Origin: Nitratidesulfovibrio vulgaris str. Hildenborough | GTDB lineage: Bacteria; Desulfobacterota; Desulfovibrionia; Desulfovibrionales; Desulfovibrionaceae | Direction: 5' to 3' | DNA length: 32,000 bases | Assembly: GCF_000195755.1 (NCBI RefSeq) | Contig: NC_002937.3 | Span: 660,001 to 692,000, forward strand | Part shown: piece after piece, positions 18,940-26,694 of the stretch | Layout: every line of letters begins with the position of its first letter | Numbering within the stretch: position 1 is the stretch's first letter | The notes under the pieces: model-generated | The model's database searches: none | Seen by the model: only the letters and a program-made list of their open reading frames with translations | What the model was told of the DNA's origin: nothing | Program-made: the position numbers and the translations under genes

Positions 18940-19575
18940 TTAGTTCCTCTGCTGTACAGTGAGCTCGACCCAGCGTGCCGTTTTCTCGAGGATGCCGGAG
19001 AGCGCGGCTTCGAAACCGTCGAGCAGCGTTGCCCGTCTGTCGTCTGCCAGTGGGACGTACGCTTCGACGTTTTGTGAGGCGATGATGCGCCCTTTGCGGA
19101 CATCGAGCATTTGCAGGCGCAGGCGGATGTCTACGCCCGTTTCCCGGGCCTCGGTGCGTGCCGCGAATTGCTGGATGTCCACCATGAGTCGCACGTCGGG
19201 GAAGACTCCTGCGCTTTCGGCGGAGACTGTGCCGATGCGTGTGCCTGCATCGAGTGCGTCGATGATGTGCCGTTGCAGCATCTGCGGTACATGGCTTCCC
19301 CATCGCACATTGGGCAGATAGCTGAGTTCGCGACCCTGCAGGATGGCGATATGGTCGGTGTCGAGCGAGCGCGTCGTCTCAGGCAGTGAGACGGCGAGTT
19401 GCACCGGGGCGGCAGGACGGGGTGTGGCATCGGTGCGGGGCATGTCAGGAGACAGCAGGATGCGCTGCGGTGCCGGGCCGGGGTCGAGCACTCGCGCACA
19501 GCCTGCGCCGGAGATGGTCGAGGCCGCCAGCAAAAGGATGGCGCACAACGTCGTGAAGTTGCGGAATGGTGTCAT
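18940..19575 (-). CDS. ABC-transport auxiliary lipoprotein (DUF330 / YmbA-PqiC-like)
   Basis: 211 aa with a signal peptide and lipobox-like LLLAASTISGAGC. Its start overlaps the MlaD-like stop (ATGA at 19572-19575). It occupies the typical fourth position of Mce/Mla-type operons. Confidence 0.7.
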   Translation of the reverse strand: MTPFRNFTTLCAILLLAASTISGAGCARVLDPGPAPQRILLSPDMPRTDATPRPAAPVQLAVSLPETTRSLDTDHIAILQGRELSYLPNVRWGSHVPQMLQRHIIDALDAGTRIGTVSAESAGVFPDVRLMVDIQQFAARTEARETGVDIRLRLQMLDVRKGRIIASQNVEAYVPLADDRRATLLDGFEAALSGILEKTARWVELTVQQRN

Positions 19576-20492
19576 CGTTCTTCATACTCCGGTAGCTGGT
19601 TGCCGAACATGAAGCGCCGGGGGTCGCTCTCCATCCTTTGCGCCATGCGGTTCAGGGTCGTCACAAGGTGACGAGACTCGATGAGCAGGCGGCGCATATC
19701 CTCAAGCCCTTCTGTGCTGAAGCCCGTGACGCCGGGTTCGGCTGCGGCGAGCAGGGCGTCGAGACGGCGTGCGGTGTTGCCCACGGCCACGATGCTGTCG
19801 CGCATGTCGCCGCGGGTCAGGTCGCGCATATCGCCCGCCAGGGTCTCAAGACCTGCCGAGGCATTGGCGAGGCGGCGCGTGGTCGTGTCCATGTTGGTGA
19901 TGATCCTGTCGAGGCTGTCGGCACGTGCGGCCATGCGTGCGGTGACGGTGTCGAGGGCATGGAAGGTCGAGGCGAGCGCGGCCCTGTTCTCTGCGTTGAG
20001 CACATCGGCAAGCCTGTTGACCAGTTCGTTGCCCGACCCCACAAGCTGGGGCATTCCCGCGAAGAGTTCCTCGAGACGTGACGCGCGAGAGGCTATGACA
20101 GGCACTTCGCCCGCAGTACCGACGAGTAGCGGGGCATGGGGCGAACCGCCGGTTATCTGTACCACCGAGACACCGGTGAGTCCGCGACCTTCGAGACTGG
20201 CGACCGAATCTTCGCGGACGGGGGTGGTGGCATCGATTTCGATACGTACCTTGACCTTGGCGGGGTCGTCGGGGTTGAGGGTTATCTGTTTCACGGCCCC
20301 GACCTTGACGCCGTTGAAGAAGACGTCGCTGGCCACGCTGAGGCCCATGACGTTGCCGCTGAAATGGACGTCATAGGCCGCCATGGCCTTGCCTTCGCCC
20401 CGCCCCGCAGTCCAGAGGACGAAGGCGAGGGCCCCGGTCACGGCGAGGAGCGTGAAGACGCCCACGAGAATGTAGCTGGCACGGGTTTCCAT
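19572..20492 (-). CDS. mlaD: MlaD/Mce-domain substrate-binding protein
   Basis: 306 aa. N-terminal anchor METRASYILVGVFTLLAVTGALAFVLW followed by an MCE domain (GLSVASDVFFNGVKVGAVKQITL). GGAG RBS. Confidence 0.8.
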   Translation of the reverse strand: METRASYILVGVFTLLAVTGALAFVLWTAGRGEGKAMAAYDVHFSGNVMGLSVASDVFFNGVKVGAVKQITLNPDDPAKVKVRIEIDATTPVREDSVASLEGRGLTGVSVVQITGGSPHAPLLVGTAGEVPVIASRASRLEELFAGMPQLVGSGNELVNRLADVLNAENRAALASTFHALDTVTARMAARADSLDRIITNMDTTTRRLANASAGLETLAGDMRDLTRGDMRDSIVAVGNTARRLDALLAAAEPGVTGFSTEGLEDMRRLLIESRHLVTTLNRMAQRMESDPRRFMFGNQLPEYEER

Positions 20493-20516
20493 GCGTCACT
20501 CCGTTGAAGATGCCCT

Positions 20517-21344
20517 TCACCGCTGCCGTGTGGACGGCTGTGATGTGGGGCAGGGTATGCCTTGGGGGGCGTGTTGTGCGGCTCGTCCACGCGGGCCTGT
20601 GAAGTAGTCGCGAACCCAGGGGTGGTCGAGGCTGATGAGTTCGTCGATGGTGCCCACCTTGAGGATGCGACGGTCAGCCAGCACCGCGACCTTGTCGCAT
20701 ACGGCGTAGAGCGAGTCGAGGTCGTGGGTGACGAGAACGACGGTAAGGCCCAGTGCCTCACGCAATTCGGCGAGGAGGTCGTCGAAGGCGGCGGCCCCGA
20801 TGGGGTCGAGGCCTGCCGTGGGTTCGTCGAGAAAGAGCAACTCGGGGTCCATGACGAGGGCGCGCGCGAGTCCTGCGCGTTTGCGCATACCGCCCGAAAG
20901 TTCAGAAGGGTACTTGTGCGCGGCACCGGGGGGGAGTCCGGCCATGCGGAGCTTCATGAAGGCGATTTCGTCCATGAGGTCGCCGGGCAGCGACAGGAAT
21001 TCGCGTAGCGGCACCTGGATGTTCTCGAGCACAGTGAGCGACGAGAAGAGGGCACCATCCTGAAAGAGCACCCCCCAGCGGCGGCGCAGGTCGCGCAAGG
21101 CCGCCGAGGTGCCGTGCAGGACATCGGTGCCAAGCACTTCTATGCTGCCCCCCTGTGGTCTGCGCAATCCGATGATGGTGCGCAGAAGCACGGACTTGCC
21201 CGTGCCCGACCCGCCAATGAGGGCGAGAACCTTGCCGCGCTCGACGTCAAGGTCGAGGCCGTCGTGCACTGTCTGGGCGCCGAAGCGGTTGACGATGCCG
21301 CGTAGCCTGATGACGGCGGGAGAAGTGCTGTTGAGGGTTCTCAT
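20517..21344 (-). CDS. mlaF: ABC transporter ATP-binding protein (MlaF-like)
   Basis: Walker A GGSGTGKS, signature LSGGMRKRAGLARAL, Walker B LLFLDEPTAGLD. Confidence 0.9.
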   Translation of the reverse strand: MRTLNSTSPAVIRLRGIVNRFGAQTVHDGLDLDVERGKVLALIGGSGTGKSVLLRTIIGLRRPQGGSIEVLGTDVLHGTSAALRDLRRRWGVLFQDGALFSSLTVLENIQVPLREFLSLPGDLMDEIAFMKLRMAGLPPGAAHKYPSELSGGMRKRAGLARALVMDPELLFLDEPTAGLDPIGAAAFDDLLAELREALGLTVVLVTHDLDSLYAVCDKVAVLADRRILKVGTIDELISLDHPWVRDYFTGPRGRAAQHAPQGIPCPTSQPSTRQR

Positions 21345-21359
21345 GGTCGACCTTCGTCT

Positions 21360-22580
21360 TCAGACGCCGAGGGAGGTGAAAAGGATGGCGAAGAGCGCGT
21401 TGAGTACGATGACCATGAAGATGGCTTCCACCACGGCCTGCGTCGTGAGGCGGCCCACCGACTCTGCACTGCCGGTGACCCGGAATCCCTGAAAGCAGCC
21501 CACAAGCGCGATGACGAGTGCGAAGAACGGGGCTTTTATCATACCCACCACGAAGTTGCGCAGATGCACTATCTCGTGGAAACGGGCCGTGAAATTGGCC
21601 GGGTCTATGCCGAGGGTCCCCCATGCGGCAACGCCGCCACCGAGGATGCCCATGATGTCGGCGATGAAGGCGAGAATGGGCAGCATGACTACCAGCGCCA
21701 GCACGCGTGGCACCACCAGCACCTCGATGGGGTCGAGGCCAAGCGCGCGCATGGCCGAAACCTCTTCATTGGCCACCATGGCGCCTATCTGGGCCGTAAA
21801 CGAGGACCCTGAACGTCCGGCTACGACCAGGGCGGTGAGCAACACGCCCATCTCGCGCAGCGTCGAAATCTCCAGAAGGTTGATGACGAAGACCTGCGCC
21901 CCGAAGCGGGCGAATTGTTCGGCCCCCATGTACGCGGTGACAAGGCCGATGAGAAACGAGAGAAGCGCGACGATGGGCACCGCCTGTACCCCTGTCTGTT
22001 CCATGTGGCTGCATAGCGAGACCCACCTGAAACGCCACGGACGCAACACGAGTCCCACCAGTGAGATGACGAGCATGCCCATGAAGGCGAGAATGCCGAC
22101 AGCCTGCTCGGTTTCTTCGACAATGGAAGCCCCGATGGCGTTGAGTGTGCGGGCAAGGGCCGAGGCGTGGCGCACCGTGGGCGCTTCGGACATGTCGATG
22201 GCCGCCACACGGTCGATGAGGGCGTTGTGCGCCGGGGCACAGTGCAGAAGCGGGGCGATGCCCTGCTTCTCGAGGGCGGTGCGGAAGGTGGTGATGACGA
22301 GGGCGCCTGCGGTGTCAAGCCGCAGCACCCCCGTGAGGTCGAACGTCAGGTCGCCGCACTCGGCCGGGATGGCAAGGTGCTGGAGTTGCCCGCGTGCGCG
22401 TGCCGCCGTCGCCACGTCCCATGCCCCCGAGAAACGGAGTATGCCCGTGTTGCCGAAGCTTTCCAGAAGAACGTCTGGCAGCCGCGACCCGTTCTCGGTT
22501 ATGCCGCGCGGGTCTTCTTCACGGGCAAGCGAAGGGGCGTCGAGTTGCTGGGGAACGTGTGGCATACCGGATACTACCAT
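21360..22580 (-). CDS. mlaE: MlaE-family ABC permease with an N-terminal STAS (MlaB-like) domain
   Basis: 406 aa. Residues ~30-130 look STAS-like (GILRFSGAWDVATAARARGQLQ...LTFDLTGVLRLDTAGALVI), and the remainder is an MlaE/YrbE-type permease (EISTLREMGVLLTALVVAGRSGSSFTAQIGAMVANEEVSAMRALG). The start codon is uncertain (22580 or 22565) because neither has a clear RBS. Confidence 0.8.
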   Translation of the reverse strand: MVVSGMPHVPQQLDAPSLAREEDPRGITENGSRLPDVLLESFGNTGILRFSGAWDVATAARARGQLQHLAIPAECGDLTFDLTGVLRLDTAGALVITTFRTALEKQGIAPLLHCAPAHNALIDRVAAIDMSEAPTVRHASALARTLNAIGASIVEETEQAVGILAFMGMLVISLVGLVLRPWRFRWVSLCSHMEQTGVQAVPIVALLSFLIGLVTAYMGAEQFARFGAQVFVINLLEISTLREMGVLLTALVVAGRSGSSFTAQIGAMVANEEVSAMRALGLDPIEVLVVPRVLALVVMLPILAFIADIMGILGGGVAAWGTLGIDPANFTARFHEIVHLRNFVVGMIKAPFFALVIALVGCFQGFRVTGSAESVGRLTTQAVVEAIFMVIVLNALFAILFTSLGV

Positions 22581-23048
22581 GCCGAAGGTGCGTTGCCAAA
22601 CGGGCTGGCCGCAGGGGGCGCGCCGGTCAGGTGGCCCTCTGGATTCGGCATGACGGGGGGCGTCCTGTCAGCGGGGTAGGTGCCCGGTCAGACATCGGGG
22701 CAGGTGCTGCACAGATATTGGGCCAAACGCTGGCGGGCAATCGTGCGGGCAGTCCGGTTCGCGGTCAGGGCGGGTATGCTGCCGGGGGGATGCGCAGGGG
22801 ACGGCCTTGAAGGTGCGTTCTCTGCCTGACGCAGTGAATGTTTCAGGCACACATGAAGGCGACGGGGGCCGGTCGAGTGCCGACAACGTCGTGAAGGAGT
22901 CTTGAGACGGCATGGAACAGTCCACACGTCACCATGACAGAGGTGCCAGCACGTGACACTCCTGAATCGGCAGGGGAGGGGACGCCGTAGCCGAGAGCGA
23001 AGAACCCCTGCCTGTGCACGGTGGATACCGCACAGAGGCGACGCAGGC

Positions 23049-23330
23049 TCATTCCTCGTCTTCGTCGTCGTACCACTCGTGTTCGAAGGCGTCGTCCAGA
23101 CGGTAGTTTCGTACCTGCATGAGCATGGAACCTTCCTGCTCACGGACAAGCCCTTCAACCACGACGTAGGCGTTGAGGTGACTGCCGAGGTCGATGCCCG
23201 CGCCTCGCGGCACGATGTGGTACTCGACATCACCTTCGGCAATGGCCACGCGTGCAGCCATGTCGTCACGCGAACGCGGCAGGGGAACGATGTAGCCTTT
23301 GACAGTCTTTACTTCTTCCATCTTGGTCAT
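23049..23330 (-). CDS. Small acidic cytoplasmic protein of unknown function (paralog A)
   Basis: 94 aa from ATG 23330: MTKMEEVKTVKGYIVPL...YVVVEGLVREQEGSMLMQVRNYRL...EWYDDEDEE. Codon usage looks genuine. It shares a motif pattern with the two upstream small ORFs. Confidence 0.6.
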   Translation of the reverse strand: MTKMEEVKTVKGYIVPLPRSRDDMAARVAIAEGDVEYHIVPRGAGIDLGSHLNAYVVVEGLVREQEGSMLMQVRNYRLDDAFEHEWYDDEDEE

Positions 23331-23509
23331 TGCGCTTCTCTCGAAACGGAAAACTGGTGCGGAGGTGGAGGTGTCTGCACAAGAGTGCGAAATATATTTC
23401 CTTTCGCGAAAAGGCAACAGTCGTAGGACATAAATCGGAAAATGGGTTTGTTTTTTTGGTTAAAGATAGCTATTTCAGACTGTTGTATAGATGATTTTTT
23501 GACGGATTT

Positions 23510-23905
23510 TCAGATGTGGTGCTGGCGTGGCATGAGTCCGTAACGTGCACCCGACATCTGGGGCTGCAACATGCTCTGCCCGTTATCCTCTTCGACGAGT
23601 GAATATCCCGTGACGTCCAGCGTGAAATACCCGTCTTCTATCTGTTCAGCCGTACCGGTGACGACGACTTCCTGCCCGTCGAGTTCAGTGTCCGTGACGC
23701 CGCGAAGCAGGAAAATCCTGTCATCCGGGGTTTCAAGAACCGGCCCGTCGTCGGTGACCACCACGATGCCGGTCACCACCACTTCAGACGCGGCTTCAGC
23801 CGGGGATTGGGCTGACAGTGCGTGGGCGGGGGCAAGCAGCATTGCTATAAGGACGACAAGACCCTTCAGAAGGGAGCGCCACCCGGAGTGATTGCTACGC
23901 ATCAT
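23510..23905 (-). CDS. Small secreted protein of unknown function (paralog B)
   Basis: 131 aa from ATGATG 23905, with AAGGAA 7 nt upstream. Signal peptide MMRSNHSGWRSLLKGLVVLIAMLLAPAHA|LSAQ. The mature part contains VVVTGIVVV... and VVVTGTAEQIEDGYFTLDVTGYSL. Its start overlaps the stop of paralog C by 11 nt. Confidence 0.6.
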   Translation of the reverse strand: MMRSNHSGWRSLLKGLVVLIAMLLAPAHALSAQSPAEAASEVVVTGIVVVTDDGPVLETPDDRIFLLRGVTDTELDGQEVVVTGTAEQIEDGYFTLDVTGYSLVEEDNGQSMLQPQMSGARYGLMPRQHHI

Positions 23906-24203
23906 GACGTTGTTCCTTGGCAGTGTCGCCCTCGACGACCACGTAGGTCGCAAGGTCGAAGTAGGTCTTACCCTGTCTGGAATAGATGTAACCGGTGGCC
24001 GCCACCTTGCAACGACATAGCCGAACGAGTTCAGGATAGTCACCAAGGTTGCCGACGATGAACTCCTGTTCGGAGTTGTCGGCGATAAGTACCGAAGATA
24101 CAGAATAATCATCAGCCCATCCTTCAGGAAGGATGTAGCCCGTTACGGTTGCAAGACCGTCTTGTGCGGCTATGGTCTGCGGCATGATGTTCCCTGTGTT
24201 CAT
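23895..24203 (-). CDS. Small cytoplasmic protein of unknown function (paralog C)
   Basis: 102 aa maximal ORF. The internal ATG 24185 (MPQTIAAQ..., preceded by AGGGAA) is the more plausible start, given the candidate sigma-54 promoter at 24228-24243. Contains TVTGYILPEG... and VAATGYIYSRQGKTYFDLATYVVVEG. Confidence 0.55.
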   Translation of the reverse strand: MNTGNIMPQTIAAQDGLATVTGYILPEGWADDYSVSSVLIADNSEQEFIVGNLGDYPELVRLCRCKVAATGYIYSRQGKTYFDLATYVVVEGDTAKEQRHDA

Positions 24204-24227
24204 GAAAATGAAACGTGCAGGAACAGG

Positions 24228-24243
24228 AGCAGGAAACGGGCCA
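24228..24243 (-). promoter_or_regulatory. Candidate sigma-54 (-24/-12) promoter for the small-protein genes
   Basis: The minus strand reads TGGCCCG-TTTC-CTGCT, against the consensus TGGCACG-N4-TTGCW. GG (24242-24241) and GC (24230-24229) have the exact 10-nt spacing. It lies about 25-45 nt upstream of the two possible start codons and downstream of a sigma-54 activator gene. Confidence 0.55.
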
Positions 24244-24296
24244 GAGAGATATTTATCTGAAATGTATCAACTTTGATCTTGAGCTTGGGATTTTAG

Positions 24297-24311
24297 AGAA
24301 CTTGGAGTTCT
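24297..24311. promoter_or_regulatory. AGAAC-N5-GTTCT palindrome (proximal copy), candidate activator binding site
   Basis: AGAACTTGGAGTTCT. Its centre is about 60 bp upstream of the -24 element. Confidence 0.45.
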
Positions 24312-24422
24312 GTTTTTTGCGAGGTGCCTTGTCGGCGTCTGGGGGGCAGCTTGTCGATGCAGGATTCTAATCGACTTGTATTGAGCATAACAAGCCATAT
24401 TATATTGCTATTTTATCGAGTA

Positions 24423-24466
24423 AGAACTGAAGGTTCTTTTTTGTCTAGAGAAGAACTGTATGTTCT
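24423..24466. promoter_or_regulatory. Two further AGAAC-N5-GTTCT palindromes (distal pair), candidate activator binding sites
   Basis: AGAACTGAAGGTTCT (24423-24437) and AGAACTGTATGTTCT (24452-24466), centres 29 bp apart. The arms extend to AAGAAC/GTTCTT and GAAGAAC/GTTCTTC. They start 4 nt after the activator gene stop, and no U tract follows them on the minus strand. Confidence 0.45.
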
Positions 24467-24469
24467 TCT

Positions 24470-25909
24470 TTACTTCTTCAACCTGCCGCTACCGGGCTTG
24501 AAATCCTCTTTTTTCAGGCTGTGTCGGGTCATGAGCTTGTGTATCTGCCGGGTGGTGACCCCGGCGATGGCTGCTGCGCCTTTGATACTGCCCCCGCTGG
24601 TGGCGAGGGCGCGTTCCAGATACTCGCGTTCGAAGCTGTCCAGCGCATGACGGCGTGCGGCTTCAAGGGGCAGCGATATGTCAAGGGCGCGGTTGCGCAC
24701 TGCATGGGGCAGTCCCCTGAATTCTGCGGGAAAGGCTTCGGGCGACAGCACTTCTCCCCCTTCGAGGATGCAGGCGCGTTCGATGATGTTCTCAAGCTCA
24801 CGCACGTTGCCGGGCCAGTCGTAGCGCATGAAGGCGTCGATGACATCGGGGTGGATGGCCCGAATGTCACGTGAACGTTGCGGGTTGCAGCGCCTCACGA
24901 ACGCCTCTGCCAGCTGGAGGATGTCCTCTTTGCGTTCACGCAGCGGCGGGATGTCGATGGGAAAGACGTTCAGCCGGTAGTACAGGTCGCGCCTGAAGCG
25001 CCCCTGCGCACACAGGGTCGACAGGTCTTCGTTGGTGGCTGCCACGACGCGCACATCGGGCCGGATGACGGTCTCGCCGCCCACACGCTGGAAACATCTG
25101 TCCTGCAACACATTGAGGAGTTTGATTTGTACGGACGGGCCGATGGTGCCTATCTCGTCGAGGAAGATGGTCCCGCCTTCGGCGATCTCGAAACGCCCCG
25201 GCTTCTTGCGGATGGCGCCCGTGAAGGCACCTTTCTCGTGGCCGAAGAGTTCGCTCTCCACCAGCGCCTCCGGAATGGCCCCGCAGTGTACGCTGATGAA
25301 ACGTTTGCCGTGCCTGTTGCTGTGGCTGTGGATGAGGCGTGCGATGAGGCTCTTGCCCGTGCCGGTCTCGCCGGTGAGCAGCACGGTGCTGCGTGTGGCC
25401 GCCACGAGGCGTATCTTGTCATAGACCTCACGCATCCGGGGGCTGCGGGTGTCGAGTACGATGCCCTCGTCACCTCCGGAGCGGCCCTGTATCAGCCGGT
25501 CGCGCAGGTAGTCGAGTTCGGAGCGCACCAGCGCCGATTCGTGCAGCTTCTGGGTTACCAGCCGTACCTCTTCAGGGTGCAACGGGTAGGTGAGGTAGTT
25601 GCCTGCCCCGGCCCGCACGGCATCGACTGCCTGCCGGATGGCGTCGGCGCGGGCCAGCACGATGAGGTCGACGGAGGGATGCTGCTGTCTGAAGCCGTGG
25701 ACGGCCTGACGTATGGTCTCATAGTCCGTCGTGGTGCCGCCGCACAGGATGTCCATGTCCACAAGGGCGATGTCATGGGCGCGCGCGGCAAGGCGCGACT
25801 TCATCCCGGCGGTGGAACGACTCAGTTCGAGGTCGATGTCGGGAGTGAAGCAGCGTGGCAGGACGGCGAGGGCCGCAGGGTCCATGGTGGCAGCGAGCAC
25901 GTAGCGCAT
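24470..25909 (-). CDS. Sigma-54-dependent transcriptional activator (bEBP) with a degenerate receiver-like N-terminal domain
   Basis: 479 aa. AAA+ sigma-54 interaction domain (GETGTGKSLIARLIH, ESELFGHEKGAFTGA, RVVAATNEDL, FRRDLYYRLNVF) and a C-terminal Fis-type HTH (AAAIAGVTTRQIHKLMTRH). The N-terminal ~120 aa resemble a receiver but lack the DD pair and the conserved Lys. No kinase gene is adjacent. Confidence 0.9.
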   Translation of the reverse strand: MRYVLAATMDPAALAVLPRCFTPDIDLELSRSTAGMKSRLAARAHDIALVDMDILCGGTTTDYETIRQAVHGFRQQHPSVDLIVLARADAIRQAVDAVRAGAGNYLTYPLHPEEVRLVTQKLHESALVRSELDYLRDRLIQGRSGGDEGIVLDTRSPRMREVYDKIRLVAATRSTVLLTGETGTGKSLIARLIHSHSNRHGKRFISVHCGAIPEALVESELFGHEKGAFTGAIRKKPGRFEIAEGGTIFLDEIGTIGPSVQIKLLNVLQDRCFQRVGGETVIRPDVRVVAATNEDLSTLCAQGRFRRDLYYRLNVFPIDIPPLRERKEDILQLAEAFVRRCNPQRSRDIRAIHPDVIDAFMRYDWPGNVRELENIIERACILEGGEVLSPEAFPAEFRGLPHAVRNRALDISLPLEAARRHALDSFEREYLERALATSGGSIKGAAAIAGVTTRQIHKLMTRHSLKKEDFKPGSGRLKK

Positions 25910-26024
25910 GATGCGTTCCTATCCTGTGGTGTCTTCTCACACAAGGGGTTGCCATCCTTGCACTCGTCGGCAAGGCGGGGTAGGGGGGAATCAGGCGACA
26001 CACTGTAACGCAGGAGGCATGACA

Positions 26025-26408
26025 ATGGCCGACCGTTACCCCATTCTCCCCGGTGGCGCACCCGCCCCGGTGGCCCCCTACTCACCCGGCATGGTCTGCG
26101 GCAGCTTTCTCTTCGTCTCGGGGCAGCTTCCGCTTGACGCTGCCACCGGCGTCCTCATCGAAGGCGACATCCGTGAACGTACCCGGCAGGCCCTTCGGAA
26201 CATGCAGGCCGTCGTCCGGGCTGCGGGCTGCGAATTGTCGTGCGCGGTGCGCGTGAACATCTATCTCGCCGACATGAATGATTTCGCCGCCGTGAACGAG
26301 GTCTACAAGACCTTCTTCTGCAAGCCGTACCCGGCCCGGACGGCGATTCAGGCCGCGGCATTGCCGCTTGGTTCCGACATCCTCATCGACGGAATCTTCG
26401 CACTGTGA
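26025..26408 (+). CDS. ridA: RidA/YjgF-family enamine/imine deaminase
   Basis: 127 aa. APYSPGMVCGSFLFVSGQLPLD...NIYLADMNDFAAVNEVYKTFF...PARTAIQAAALPLGSDILIDGI is the classic RidA pattern. ATG 26025 is 7 nt after AGGAGG. Confidence 0.9.
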   Translation: MADRYPILPGGAPAPVAPYSPGMVCGSFLFVSGQLPLDAATGVLIEGDIRERTRQALRNMQAVVRAAGCELSCAVRVNIYLADMNDFAAVNEVYKTFFCKPYPARTAIQAAALPLGSDILIDGIFAL

Positions 26409-26413
26409 GGTCT

Positions 26414-26442
26414 CGCCCGTCCCCTTCCGGGGGCGGGCGTTT
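26414..26442 (+). terminator. Hairpin after ridA
   Basis: CGCCCGTCCCC-TTCC-GGGGGCGGGCG, an 11-bp stem with one G-U pair, followed by TTT. It starts 6 nt after the stop. Confidence 0.5.
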
Positions 26443-26694
26443 CCGCACGCATGGCTGAAATGCCGTGCCCGCCTGTCAGCGTCGGGCACCTGTTGCGGGG
26501 CCATTCGTACGTGCCGGATGGGACGGTCTCCTCTTGTGGCCCGCAGGGTGAGCGCGGTGCACGGTCGTCAGCGGGCGGGTGCAGACCGTCTTTGACGACC
26601 TTCCACGACCCGCCGCATAGCTTTGGGACAGTGGGCACTGCGTGTTGCATCGAACGTGCGGCTGCGGGTGCGCCCCGTGTGTCGCCGTGCAGCC

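Noticed and set aside
23387-23401. Possible sigma-54 element (AGGAAATATATTTCGCA on the minus strand) upstream of small-protein gene A.
   Set aside because: The GG-to-GC spacing is 11 nt. A sigma-70-like TTGCCT ... TATATT pair, with a TTTCGCGAAA palindrome in the spacer, explains the region at least as well.
25980-26000. GGTTGCCATCCTTGCA upstream of ridA, resembling a -24/-12 promoter.
   Set aside because: There is no GG at the position 12 nt upstream of the GC (off by one), and the -24 half reads TTGCCA rather than TGGCAC.
26633-26649. Sigma-54-like GGGCACTGCGTGTTGCA on the plus strand in the ridA / response-regulator convergent spacer.
   Set aside because: The GG-to-GC spacing is 11 nt rather than the strictly conserved 10. 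It would also fire antisense into the 3' end of the regulator gene, with no downstream gene.
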